A stretch of 64,000 nt of DNA. Origin: a virus. Taxonomy: Duplodnaviria > Caudoviricetes. Below the pieces are notes generated by a model that was not told where the DNA came from, did no database searches, and saw only the letters and a list, made by a program, of their open reading frames with translations. Of this stretch, positions 18,048 to 28,026 are shown piece after piece (the stretch's first letter is position 1; each line of letters starts with the position of its first letter). The DNA lies in the IMG/VR virus record IMGVR_UViG_3300030376_006484, positions 22,151 through 86,150 of that record. One strand, 5' to 3'. The position numbers were made by a program, and so were the translations under genes.

Positions 18048-19475
18048 GTGGAAATAGGCGCACTTAACTTAGAACATGAAATGGATATTAAATTATCCCA
18101 ACAATCATTTTCTTATTTCTTTGAGCATGTGTTAGGCTTTCAAATGACCAACCATCAACTTGAATGGTTGTCTTTGATGGATGAAAGTAATCGTAATGTC
18201 ATCATTTGTAGTCGGGGTCACGGTAAGTCTGTATTCATGCACAGTTGGGTGGTTTGGAATTTAGTTTTCCAACCTGCTCCATACCAAATAGTGTATATGT
18301 CTTCTAACCAAAAACAGACTAATATGCACATGAAGTCTATTGATAAGTTATTCAACAATCCTGTTCTTTCCAAGTACAAACCTACAGGTTCTAAGGGTTG
18401 GGCTGTTGAAGAAATGAATTTAGTCAATGGTAATTCTATTGTCGCTCGCTCTGTAAATTCGCAGGTTCGTGGTCTTCATCCTCAAGAAATTATCATTGAC
18501 GACCCTTTGAAGGAGTTTAGTTTAGTAGGTATCCAAAAAGTTACAGATTGGTTTTTCGGAGATATGATTCCTGCACTTCATCACACGGCTTCTCTAAGAA
18601 TTATTGGAACTCCGTTTTCTTACACAGATATTTATTCTCAATTAGAAGAAAATACTCAATACCTTGTGCGTAAATATCCATGTTTGAATGCTCTTAATGA
18701 ACCACTTTGGCCTAAGCGATGGGACTATGATTCTTTAATGAATAGGAAGGCTGAAATCGGTTCTTTAAAATTCACAAGAGAATACATGTGCGTTCCTATT
18801 TCAACGGGTACTTCTTTATTCAATCCCGAATACTTAGAGAAAGCCAAGAATAAAAGTTTGGTTTTATCGTCCCGAAGGAGAGAAGGCTACAAATATTATG
18901 TAGGGATTGACCCTGCTATTTCTACTGATGGAGACTACAATGTTATTACTGTTCTAGAAGTAGATGAGCATGACAATAAATCTATTGTTTATGTTGATAG
19001 AGCAAAGAATGTAGAGTTTAGAGATAACATACAGAAGGTTAGATTGATAGGAAAAGTATTCAATCCCGAAGTTGTTTTGTTTGAGACGAATGTTTTCGCT
19101 AAATCTTTTACTCAAGAATTAAGGAATGTGTCGGATATAAATGTTCACGACTTCAACACTACAAGAAAGAAGAAACAAGATATTGTTTTAAATTTACAAA
19201 TGAATTTTGAAAACAGTAAAATACATTTACCCTATGGTAATGAAGAGAGTCGGCGGGTTACTACTGCCCTTATTGAGGAATTATCTATGTTTTCTATTAC
19301 AGATAAGGGTAAGTTTGAGGGTGTTGGGGCGCATGACGATATGGTTATGAGCCTTGCTTTAGCGAATGCCGCCACACAAAAGGCAAGTGAAAATTTCTTA
19401 TTGTTAGACGACTTGGGCTTATTTAGCGAGAGGCCACATAACCCGTATCAAGGCATTATGGGGCTTAATTTTTAA
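18048..19475 (+). CDS. terL: terminase large subunit
   Basis: Walker A SRGHGKS, Walker B IIIDD, IGTP coupling motif, nuclease GIDPA and HDDMVMSLALA; GTG start after AGGTGA. Confidence 0.93.
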   Translation: MEIGALNLEHEMDIKLSQQSFSYFFEHVLGFQMTNHQLEWLSLMDESNRNVIICSRGHGKSVFMHSWVVWNLVFQPAPYQIVYMSSNQKQTNMHMKSIDKLFNNPVLSKYKPTGSKGWAVEEMNLVNGNSIVARSVNSQVRGLHPQEIIIDDPLKEFSLVGIQKVTDWFFGDMIPALHHTASLRIIGTPFSYTDIYSQLEENTQYLVRKYPCLNALNEPLWPKRWDYDSLMNRKAEIGSLKFTREYMCVPISTGTSLFNPEYLEKAKNKSLVLSSRRREGYKYYVGIDPAISTDGDYNVITVLEVDEHDNKSIVYVDRAKNVEFRDNIQKVRLIGKVFNPEVVLFETNVFAKSFTQELRNVSDINVHDFNTTRKKKQDIVLNLQMNFENSKIHLPYGNEESRRVTTALIEELSMFSITDKGKFEGVGAHDDMVMSLALANAATQKASENFLLLDDLGLFSERPHNPYQGIMGLNF

Positions 19476-19484
19476 GGTGATTAA

Positions 19485-21473
19485 ATGGCTATTGCAACTA
19501 CCGAGGAATTACGGGAGGCTAGTGATAAACTAGAAGATGTTGCAGAATCACAAGAGGATGCTGAAAACGATTTGGATAATTTGTTTTCTAGTTTACAGAA
19601 GGGATTGTTTATTGAGTCGGAATATGAAATTGTTAAGCGAGTATGCAAAGAGTACAATATTAATGCTAGCCAAGCCAAAAGAAACATTGAATATTTCCCT
19701 CCTAATTATCAAATGTATGAGCAAGATATACCGGCGGTTATAAAAACTCTTAGAAAAGAAAGAAGGAGTCTCAAAGGCCAATACAGGGATAGTATGACTA
19801 AAAGCATTGATTCTTTAATAGAAGGATACAGTGAGCATATTGATAAGTGCATAGATAGTTTGTATTGGTTGCATCCTTACAAAGCAACATTGAAAAAGAT
19901 GACCTTCAAAGAATCGGATTTGAGAAAACTACATTCTGTGAAAGAGGCGGAAGGCAGAAGGGATATTGTAGATTCTCTTTGTAAGTATTGGGAAGCAGAT
20001 TTGGATAAAAGAGAAGTGAATTATGGTAGGGTTTATGCTTCTTTAGATAAAGACATGAGGCTTGCTAAAAGTGATTTTAGAAAACATTTGAAACAAATCC
20101 CCGATGTTGTTCTTAGAAAAAACATTAAAGAAAAAACCCAAGAGTTTATTTTAAAGCAAGTTTGTGACCATCAAGGAATTAGTGCTAGGCAAATACATGA
20201 TAGAATGCCTTCTCAATTATATGATAGAAACTCTTGGAATACGATTTCTAAAATATCAAAAGGACTAGATATTGTTTCTCTAGAAGGTAAGTACTACAAA
20301 CTTAATGGGGAGATAAAGAAAAATATTTGGGCCTATACTGCGGCTTTTATTGACTCGGATGGATACATTACAATGGATAGGAAATTTAATCCTAGAGTCG
20401 GGCTTGTTGCTACAGGTGATAGAGGTAAAGTTTTCATGCAAGAAATACATAAGGCGATTGGCTTTGGTAAATTACATCTTGACCAAAAATCTCCCCAAGA
20501 TACTAGACCCGTCAATCGTTTAAATTTTTATTCTCAAGATGATGTTTATAATTTGTTAGTTAAGTGTCTTCCTCATTTTAGAATGAAGGGGCCAAACGCA
20601 AAACTTCTTTTGGAGTTAGTTAGAATAAAGAAAGGACACAAGAAGGCTAGTTGGTATAAAGATAGATGCGGTGAAATTTTTAAGTTGATGAAGTGGGAAA
20701 ATCATCGTGACCATGTAGGTTTTGATTTTGAGAAAGAGGGGATTTACAAAGACGATATTCAAAAATACAGAGATAATTGTAAAATGTCTGTTATGGATTC
20801 ATTAGAACAAATTGGTGGTATGGTTCTTAAGCAAAAAGAATATGACCCCGAAGAGAATTTAAAAAAATATGGGACTAAAGATAGGCTACCCAAAAGACCT
20901 CCTTATCAAACACAAACTCCTGATTTTTTAAGAAGTAAAGGATATAATATCACTGAGGTTAAGGAAACTGAAAACGGATATGTCGGAAAAGACGGAAACA
21001 ATTATTCTTATGCCTTAGTTAGAGATATTCGTCGGGTAGGCAATTATTATGAGGGTAGTCCTATATTGTATGATGATGAAGGTAATAGATTAGATAAGAA
21101 CTCATATGAATACGAACAACAAAAAGAAGAAATAAAAGAAGCAACTGAGGATATTTTTAATCACCATCAAGAAGTATTTGAGGCTAGAGAACACTGGGCC
21201 AATGAAGGTTGGGAAACTAACACTAGAAAAGGCCGCAAATACAAAAAAATGATGGACTATTATGATAAAAATTATCGCCCTATTGAAGAACAAAAAGAAA
21301 GGGAATTAGAAGAAAGAGTAGAAGCCGCAAAGGATTTAATGTATAATACTTTCAACATGAATAGGAACCATCCTAAAGCCCTACAACTACAACAATTGAA
21401 AATGTTTATGAGAGATAAACCTAAAGAATATCAACAGATGGTTGATGATTTAAAAGAAGCGGGGGAGTTTTAA
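19485..21473 (+). CDS. multidomain protein with HTH and a single LAGLIDADG endonuclease domain
   Basis: AYTAAFIDSDGYI motif followed by typical ..IGFGKL..LPHF..K; no intein termini. Confidence 0.75.
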   Translation: MAIATTEELREASDKLEDVAESQEDAENDLDNLFSSLQKGLFIESEYEIVKRVCKEYNINASQAKRNIEYFPPNYQMYEQDIPAVIKTLRKERRSLKGQYRDSMTKSIDSLIEGYSEHIDKCIDSLYWLHPYKATLKKMTFKESDLRKLHSVKEAEGRRDIVDSLCKYWEADLDKREVNYGRVYASLDKDMRLAKSDFRKHLKQIPDVVLRKNIKEKTQEFILKQVCDHQGISARQIHDRMPSQLYDRNSWNTISKISKGLDIVSLEGKYYKLNGEIKKNIWAYTAAFIDSDGYITMDRKFNPRVGLVATGDRGKVFMQEIHKAIGFGKLHLDQKSPQDTRPVNRLNFYSQDDVYNLLVKCLPHFRMKGPNAKLLLELVRIKKGHKKASWYKDRCGEIFKLMKWENHRDHVGFDFEKEGIYKDDIQKYRDNCKMSVMDSLEQIGGMVLKQKEYDPEENLKKYGTKDRLPKRPPYQTQTPDFLRSKGYNITEVKETENGYVGKDGNNYSYALVRDIRRVGNYYEGSPILYDDEGNRLDKNSYEYEQQKEEIKEATEDIFNHHQEVFEAREHWANEGWETNTRKGRKYKKMMDYYDKNYRPIEEQKERELEERVEAAKDLMYNTFNMNRNHPKALQLQQLKMFMRDKPKEYQQMVDDLKEAGEF

Positions 21474-22174
21474 TGTGGTTTGATATTCTTAAAGAAAGAG
21501 TTGGTTCTAAGGTTCAGCAGGAAATGTCTGCTTTAGCAGATAAAGTACCTATACCTAATATGGATAAAGATTTTGACTTTAAGAAAGAATATACATATGA
21601 CGAATTAATACCATTATTAGAATTCGGTAGTAGTGTTGAATACGATTTAGACAAGGTTCTCAAAGAGTTTATGTCTGAAAAATATAGATATGAAAATATG
21701 TCTGAATCAGACCGTAAGGCTTTAAGAAGAAGAGGTGAAATGCCTAAACCTTTTACTTTAGAAGAAGTAAAGGATAAGATTCTTTTTAGATTGGATGGTG
21801 GTGATTTTGATATTAAAGAAGAAAACGGTAAAACAATTATTAATGTACCTACATTTAAAGAAGATGTTGATAATCTAAAAACAAATGCCTTAGATGAATT
21901 ATATGCGGGTAAAAAGCAAACTGCTAATCAACCTAAAAAACCTAAATGGTATACTGATTATAGGGCGGAGGATGTTATAGACCCCGATGTATATACCGAG
22001 AGGAAAAAGAAAACCATGGCTGAGAATTTTCTTGGTAGGTTGATGGCCGGTTTAAGGAAGGAAAGAAGGGGGTTCCATACACCATCAAAAAACAAACTAC
22101 ACCCTCAATACGGTAGACTTAGAGAACTTGAAGCCCGTAATAAAAAGGTGCATAGGAGAGAGGATTTAAAATGA
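21473..22174 (+). CDS. W-leader protein (MWFDILKE)
   Basis: 233-aa ORF, TAATG coupling. Confidence 0.75.
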   Translation: MWFDILKERVGSKVQQEMSALADKVPIPNMDKDFDFKKEYTYDELIPLLEFGSSVEYDLDKVLKEFMSEKYRYENMSESDRKALRRRGEMPKPFTLEEVKDKILFRLDGGDFDIKEENGKTIINVPTFKEDVDNLKTNALDELYAGKKQTANQPKKPKWYTDYRAEDVIDPDVYTERKKKTMAENFLGRLMAGLRKERRGFHTPSKNKLHPQYGRLRELEARNKKVHRREDLK

Positions 22175-22196
22175 CTCGTAGTCAAAGGAGAGGTCT

Positions 22197-22574
22197 ATGA
22201 TGTGGTTTGAAGAATTGAAGAAAGAGAAGGATGCCTGTTATCGTAAGGTAAAGTCCCGCTACAAAAAGTGGCCTTCTGCTTATGCTTCGGGTGCTTTGGT
22301 TCAATGCAGAAAAGTTGGTGCAAAGAATTGGGGTAATTCTGTAAAGAAAGGCGGAGATAACTTCGCTAGAGAAAAGAAAGAAGGACTTCACGGTTGGTTT
22401 TCACGAAGAGGTGGAGATGGACAGAAAGGTTGGGTTTCTTGTCAATCATGTGAAGATGATAAAGAAGGGACAAAACCCTGTGGCCGTAAAGATGCTACTA
22501 AAGGAACTAAACAAAGATGTAGGCCGACATGTGCGGCTTGCAAAACCTACAAAAGAAGGAAGGGAACAAAATGA
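22197..22574 (+). CDS. W-leader basic Cys-rich protein (DACYRKVK..WPSAYASGALVQCRK)
   Basis: Modules resemble those I recall from marine phages. Confidence 0.75.
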   Translation: MMWFEELKKEKDACYRKVKSRYKKWPSAYASGALVQCRKVGAKNWGNSVKKGGDNFAREKKEGLHGWFSRRGGDGQKGWVSCQSCEDDKEGTKPCGRKDATKGTKQRCRPTCAACKTYKRRKGTK

Positions 22575-22963
22575 TTTGGAAAAAAATATTGAAAGCGCAC
22601 TGCAATACAGAAAAAGCCGGTTACGGTTCCGATTGTAATTGTAGTGCATGTGAAGAAAAAATGGAAAAGAAACTTGTCGGTGGTCAAAGAAAATTAGACC
22701 GAGACAAAGATGGAAAGATTACAGGTAAGGATTTTTCCATGTTAAGAGATAGTGCTAAGAAGGCTGACCCAACAGAAACAATCGTTTCTACTCTAGAAGA
22801 AGAGGGTGGAGCATCCGGTTTAGAACCTCTAGAAGAGTCCACTAAAATGTCTAAGGATGAATTAAAAGATATGCTAGAGAACATGGAAAATGTTGTTCAG
22901 CACAAAAAGGGAGACTATATTTTGTTAGATGGTTTGCCTTTACCTACAGAAGAAGAGGAATAA
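22571..22963 (+). CDS. W-leader protein with EF-hand-like DRDKDGKITGKDF loop
   Basis: Start ATG 22571 (MIWKKILKA); DxDxDG motif. Confidence 0.75.
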   Translation: MIWKKILKAHCNTEKAGYGSDCNCSACEEKMEKKLVGGQRKLDRDKDGKITGKDFSMLRDSAKKADPTETIVSTLEEEGGASGLEPLEESTKMSKDELKDMLENMENVVQHKKGDYILLDGLPLPTEEEE

Positions 22964-22965
22964 GT

Positions 22966-23367
22966 ATGAGTTGGAAAATTTTAGTCAAGGCATTTTCTTG
23001 TCCTGTTGCTACTCAAGATTTGAAATTGAATACTAAAAATAGAGATAGAGCAGTCAAGGAAAAGTACATTCAGTACGGGCCTTTGAATTTAGAAGATGAA
23101 GACTATTGGGTTAGGTATGCAAAGAAATGGAATACTACTGCTGATGTTGCTAAGAAGTCTAATTGTAGTAATTGCGTAGCGTTTGATATTTCTCCTAGAA
23201 TGGATGAATGTATGCCTCTAAATACAGACGAAGATGGCCGTTTAGGTTATTGTTGGATGCACGATTTCAAATGTCATTCTGCTAGAACTTGCTACACTTG
23301 GGCTAAAGGTGGCCCAATTGATGATGATAAGACCTCAAAAGAAAACCAACAGAGGAGAGAAAAATGA
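22966..23367 (+). CDS. W-leader Cys-rich protein (MSWKILVKA)
   Basis: CPVATQD, CSNC, GYC..HDFKC..RTC..W. Confidence 0.75.
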   Translation: MSWKILVKAFSCPVATQDLKLNTKNRDRAVKEKYIQYGPLNLEDEDYWVRYAKKWNTTADVAKKSNCSNCVAFDISPRMDECMPLNTDEDGRLGYCWMHDFKCHSARTCYTWAKGGPIDDDKTSKENQQRREK

Positions 23368-23651
23368 GTTGGAAAACCATTCTAAAAAAAGACAAAAAAG
23401 ATATGCGGGTTGGGACTGTATATCCTAGTGATAGAAGCGGTAAGAAAATCATGATGCTCACCCATGAAGGAAAGAAAATTCATGCGGGTGCTAAAGGATA
23501 TGGTAACTACAAAGGAAAGGGTAAAAATCGTGGTGGTGGAACCCACAAGAACCCTAAAAGAAGAAAGTCATTCAAAGCAAGGCATAAGTGTCACGAATGC
23601 AAAGGGAGAATAACAACTCCTAGATGTTTAGCCTGTAAGAAATTATGGTGA
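23364..23651 (+). CDS. W-leader basic protein (HKNPKRRKSFKARHKC)
   Basis: Leader MSWKTILKK; highly basic, probably nucleic-acid binding. Confidence 0.75.
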   Translation: MSWKTILKKDKKDMRVGTVYPSDRSGKKIMMLTHEGKKIHAGAKGYGNYKGKGKNRGGGTHKNPKRRKSFKARHKCHECKGRITTPRCLACKKLW

Positions 23652-23703
23652 CAACAAACATCATTAATGATGGCTATTGAACAGTAATTGGGGAGAATAC
23701 ATT

Positions 23704-25344
23704 ATGGCTGATAAAAGACGATTTTCCTTCACAAATCTATTCCGAAGGACTACTCCTAAACCCAATGATAGAAAGGTCTACAATGTAGGAATTCAAGAGA
23801 AAGAGCAATCCTACATGATGACAGGGCCATTGGTCTACAATGTCGTGGGGCAATCGGTAATTGTTAGAACATGTATTACTCAACTTAAGCAAGAAATTTT
23901 TCGCAGAGGCTATGTTTGGGAAAAGGCGTTTGAGTCTCGTTGTCTATCTTGTCAAAAAACACACAAGATGCCTGTACTTGAATGTGCTAGATGTGGTTCT
24001 ACAGACTTAGAAAAACCTAATCCAAAGCAGTTAGAGTACGCTGAAAATTTCATAGAAGGGTATGTAAATAAGTCCGAGCAAAAATTCATTGATGTATTTA
24101 AAGAATTAGAAGATGATTTGAATATCATGGATGATGCGTATATTGTTCTTGTCAAAGAGTATTACTTGGATGGTAACGGCAAAATCCGTATGCACCGAAT
24201 CAAGGAATTGTTTAGAGGCGACCCTGTAACTATGACTATCTATGCTGATGAAGTAGGCATTAGAGGAACAAAAGGTTTCACTTGTATTAACCATAGAAGC
24301 CATCTTGCCCATGAACCACATGAAAGTTGTGAAGAATGCGGTAGTCCTCTTTATCCTGTTCACTATGTAAATCGTGCTAATGGAGAACAGCAATATTTCT
24401 TACAAGGAGAAGTTTTGCACTTTAGCAAATACAGTCCTAGTAGAATGTATGGGCAGTCTCCAATTCTAACTTTATTCAATAATATAATGACTCTTATCGC
24501 TATGGAAAACTATGTCAATTCTTCTTACACCAAGAGTAGAATGCCTAGAGGTTTGTTAGCAGTACAAACTAGAAATATGGATTCAATGGCCGCATTTTGG
24601 AGAGGTGTAAAAGAACGAATGGAACAAGACCCTCACTATATTCCTGTTATGGGAATTGAAGCCGAGAATGGTAAGGGGTCTGTTGAATGGATTAAATTCA
24701 TGGACAGTTTAAAAGAAATGGAATATGTCGCAGTGAAGGATGATTTGCGAGATAGAATTTCTGCATTCTTTGGAGTAAGTAAAGTATTCATGGCTGACAA
24801 CACTACTAGCGGTGGACTTAACAATGAAGGTATGCAAATCTTAGTCACTAACAGAGCAGTACAAATGGCTCAAAATGTTTACAATAATTATGTATTCCCG
24901 TTCTTAACTAAAGAGTTTGGAATTACAGATTGGGTTCTAAAATTACCCCCTAGTGAAGAAGAGGATGAAATAGCAGTACTTCGTAAAAGAGAGATTGAAG
25001 TTAATATTGCGGCTTCTACTAAGAATCTAGGATTTGAAGTAGATATGGATGAAGACGGACAGTTTACTTTTAGTAAGCCGGAACCAAAAGAAACACCTAA
25101 GCAAGAAGGAGAAGAAGATTCTAGCGTTGATATTGACCCTTATGCGGGAACAAATATTGATGCTTCGCAAATGGGACAGATGCAAGAACAGATGATGCAA
25201 GCCGGAAGTAAACCACAAGAGAACCCACCGGCCACAAGAAATAAAGCAAGGATGAGCGTAGGGCCGGATAAGCGCATGACAGGATTACCTAAAGAAGCGG
25301 GTAATCAAAATGTTGATTCAAGAAGTGAAAGGAGAATACCATAA
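23704..25344 (+). CDS. portal protein with zinc-finger insertions
   Basis: DDAYIVL, EVLHF..YGQSP, MPRGLL, ISAFFGV portal-like motifs; position between TerL and the protease. Confidence 0.85.
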   Translation: MADKRRFSFTNLFRRTTPKPNDRKVYNVGIQEKEQSYMMTGPLVYNVVGQSVIVRTCITQLKQEIFRRGYVWEKAFESRCLSCQKTHKMPVLECARCGSTDLEKPNPKQLEYAENFIEGYVNKSEQKFIDVFKELEDDLNIMDDAYIVLVKEYYLDGNGKIRMHRIKELFRGDPVTMTIYADEVGIRGTKGFTCINHRSHLAHEPHESCEECGSPLYPVHYVNRANGEQQYFLQGEVLHFSKYSPSRMYGQSPILTLFNNIMTLIAMENYVNSSYTKSRMPRGLLAVQTRNMDSMAAFWRGVKERMEQDPHYIPVMGIEAENGKGSVEWIKFMDSLKEMEYVAVKDDLRDRISAFFGVSKVFMADNTTSGGLNNEGMQILVTNRAVQMAQNVYNNYVFPFLTKEFGITDWVLKLPPSEEEDEIAVLRKREIEVNIAASTKNLGFEVDMDEDGQFTFSKPEPKETPKQEGEEDSSVDIDPYAGTNIDASQMGQMQEQMMQAGSKPQENPPATRNKARMSVGPDKRMTGLPKEAGNQNVDSRSERRIP

Positions 25345-25565
25345 TGACAGATATAGCAAGAAAGGAAGCAAAGTTAGCAAGAGAGTTAGCAAAGGTTCGC
25401 TCACAAAGAGCCGCCGAAGATAGAGCAGTTAGAAAGAATAGAGATTTTTCTTTGGGTGGTTTGCCTCCCGATACTAGCCATACTCCCAAGAGGGGTTCAG
25501 CAGATACTCCCGATGCGGTTCAACTTCCCGTAAAAAGAAGAAACAGGACAGAAAATAAGTGGTGA
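25344..25565 (+). CDS. hypothetical protein
   Basis: 73-aa ORF, TAATG coupling. Confidence 0.65.
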   Translation: MTDIARKEAKLARELAKVRSQRAAEDRAVRKNRDFSLGGLPPDTSHTPKRGSADTPDAVQLPVKRRNRTENKW

Positions 25566-25570
25566 TTTTA

Positions 25571-27205
25571 ATGTCTTTTATGGATGTTCTAAAGATTCAA
25601 TTTCCTACCGAAGAGGCTAAGGAAGAAGACTTGAATGAAGTAAAAGAAGAGATGGAGGTACTAGAACCTCAAACATTATCGTCATTAAAAACTAATTCCG
25701 AATTGATGGGATATTATAAGACCATAAAGAATTCTTTATCGGAAATAGTAGGTGAACAAATAAAATATAATAAGGATGAAAAAGAGGCTAGGGAAACAAC
25801 TAATAACGGCAGAAAAGAAAAGGGTAGAAAGCCTTTGGTAGTTAGGAATTCTGCTAAACTAGATTTACAAGACCCTCTAAATCCTAAAGAAAGAATGACT
25901 TTTGACATTCCACTAAAAGGAATCACTGAGGCAAAGATAGGAAAAATCGTTTTGGGAGAATTATTAGAATCTATCAAAGCAAAAGTTAAGCGTTACTCCG
26001 AAGGAACAATAATGCAACCTAAAGAAAAAGAAGTTGTGGCGGAAGAACCTAAAATTCCTAGAGTAAAGGAAATAAATGATTTCGTTAATTCGGGAGAAAA
26101 CAGAGAAAATACTTCTTTTGATATTGAAAAACTAAGTGCGGTATTACTAGATATAGAAAAAACAATACAAGAAAATACTCCCCCAACTCAAGATTTATCT
26201 ATGCTTCTAGACTTAGGAAAACTACGCTCACCAATTGTTGTTGCAATAGATTCTGCTAAATCTATTATTGATAAAGTACAAGGTAGAAATGCTGATACTA
26301 TGAATAGGTTGAGAATACTACTGCAAGATATTAGAAAGTCGGATTTAGTAGCGGTTCCCTATAAAAGAAAATTAACCCCTCATATTAAGTCCCTTGAAGA
26401 ATTAAAAAACCTAACTTTTACTATTAAGGGACATACAGTGCAACCTGCAACCATAAACAAAGTAAAAGAACTACGGGATATGTTAGTACAACTGAATAAA
26501 AACAGAAACACAAATTACGATGTTGTGAAGGCAATGGGTAGAGGGGCTACGGCAAAAAATAATTATAGTTTCTTAAAGAATGTTAGTAAAAACACCCAAT
26601 CTATTTTCTATAATTATGTTAAAGCAGGAACAGATTTTTTAAGTCCTCTGCGACAAAAAAATAATAAGATAAGGTATTTTAAAGATGACGCTACTACCGA
26701 TAACGAGAAAAAACGCTATGGTGAATTAGAAAAGGTAGGTAAGGAGATACATAGTTTGTTAAATTTGGAAGACAGTCCGGCAAGCCTAAATCAAAAATAT
26801 TTAGATGATTTAGAATCTGCTAGGAAAGAAGGTAAAAGTAGTTTTACTATTAATGATGGTGTAGAACCTTTAGAAGTGATAATAGACGGATTGGAACCAA
26901 AAGATGTTGAAGACTATATTTTGTTTATTGCTAAGGAAAATGGAAACGATAGTCTCTTAGAAGAGTTGATGCAGACCTACCAATCTTTAACAGGTATAGT
27001 AATAGATGTTGCAGAAAACAAAAAGATGCGAAAAGAACTTGCTAAACTAAGAAAGGAAGTTTTAGCAAGTGTTACACAAAGCGAAGACCAACGCACTGAT
27101 TTGAATAGACTTTTGGATGATGTAAGGGAATCGGGATTAGAGCCTATGGAAATTACCGATAGTCTTGCTAGCGAAAGGAAAAAACAAAAAGAAGAAGAGG
27201 AATAA
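25571..27205 (+). CDS. large helical protein with leader variant MSFMDVLK
   Basis: GGTGA RBS; about 545 aa. Confidence 0.75.
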   Translation: MSFMDVLKIQFPTEEAKEEDLNEVKEEMEVLEPQTLSSLKTNSELMGYYKTIKNSLSEIVGEQIKYNKDEKEARETTNNGRKEKGRKPLVVRNSAKLDLQDPLNPKERMTFDIPLKGITEAKIGKIVLGELLESIKAKVKRYSEGTIMQPKEKEVVAEEPKIPRVKEINDFVNSGENRENTSFDIEKLSAVLLDIEKTIQENTPPTQDLSMLLDLGKLRSPIVVAIDSAKSIIDKVQGRNADTMNRLRILLQDIRKSDLVAVPYKRKLTPHIKSLEELKNLTFTIKGHTVQPATINKVKELRDMLVQLNKNRNTNYDVVKAMGRGATAKNNYSFLKNVSKNTQSIFYNYVKAGTDFLSPLRQKNNKIRYFKDDATTDNEKKRYGELEKVGKEIHSLLNLEDSPASLNQKYLDDLESARKEGKSSFTINDGVEPLEVIIDGLEPKDVEDYILFIAKENGNDSLLEELMQTYQSLTGIVIDVAENKKMRKELAKLRKEVLASVTQSEDQRTDLNRLLDDVRESGLEPMEITDSLASERKKQKEEEE

Positions 27206-27207
27206 TT

Positions 27208-27555
27208 ATGTGGGAACATGTACTAAAAGAAACAATAGAAAAAGAAAACAGTCCGATTTTACAATCGTTAGACGATAAGAAAAGAAAAAGGTTGAAGAAG
27301 ACTCTACAATCAACAGAACCTACGGAGTACTTCGGCCAAGATTTTACTCGCTTAGGTGAATTGATTGATATGCTCAAAGAATTAGAGTTAATCAAATCCG
27401 ATGAAAAAATGACAAAGAAGTTTAAGTCCATAGATGAAAGGAACATTGATATGTTAGCCCTATCTAGCAAACTTCGTAAGGAGTATGAATTACTGTACCG
27501 ACAACTTCGGGAAGTCATTTATCCAAGTAGAAAGGGGGATTTAAGAGATGAGTGA
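27208..27555 (+). CDS. W-leader protein (MWEHVLKE)
   Basis: 115-aa ORF. Confidence 0.75.
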   Translation: MWEHVLKETIEKENSPILQSLDDKKRKRLKKTLQSTEPTEYFGQDFTRLGELIDMLKELELIKSDEKMTKKFKSIDERNIDMLALSSKLRKEYELLYRQLREVIYPSRKGDLRDE

Positions 27556-27772
27556 AACAGACGAAGAAGTTTTAGAAATCCTAAAGGCTCTAGTGGGTAG
27601 AATCAAGACTCTAGAACAAGCAGTCTACAACAAAGACAATATTCTAATGAAGTCGGGATTTGTTGTTGCTCAATCCCCTACTCCTTCAATTACTAACTCA
27701 ACCATGCCGACAGATGATGTAATTCATAAAATGTCTTGGGATGATATAGAGAAATTTGTAGGTGGACGGTGA
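27548..27772 (+). CDS. small coiled-coil protein with C-terminal MSWDDIEK motif
   Basis: 74-aa ORF. Confidence 0.7.
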   Translation: MSETDEEVLEILKALVGRIKTLEQAVYNKDNILMKSGFVVAQSPTPSITNSTMPTDDVIHKMSWDDIEKFVGGR

Positions 27773-27777
27773 AACTT

Positions 27778-28017
27778 ATGCCCGAAAAAATGACTAAAGA
27801 AGAAGTTAAGGTTGCACAAGCAATTGAGCAAGTTAGAATTGTTAAAGAATTAGTACAACAGGCTAGTGCTGAAAGAATTGCTTACGATGATGAATCGGAA
27901 GAAGTTAAAGTAAAGCGACCTAAAAAGACAGGCGAAAAAGACAAGACCAAGATTGAGAACAACAAAGGTACTCATTCGGGATATGGATTAGGCGGCGAGG
28001 AAACTCATTTTAAGTGA
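27778..28017 (+). CDS. hypothetical protein
   Basis: GGTGA RBS. Confidence 0.65.
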   Translation: MPEKMTKEEVKVAQAIEQVRIVKELVQQASAERIAYDDESEEVKVKRPKKTGEKDKTKIENNKGTHSGYGLGGEETHFK

Positions 28018-28026
28018 GGCGAATAA

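Noticed and set aside
19485-21473. Intein or group I intron around the LAGLIDADG domain
   Set aside because: No splice-junction residues and an uninterrupted reading frame.
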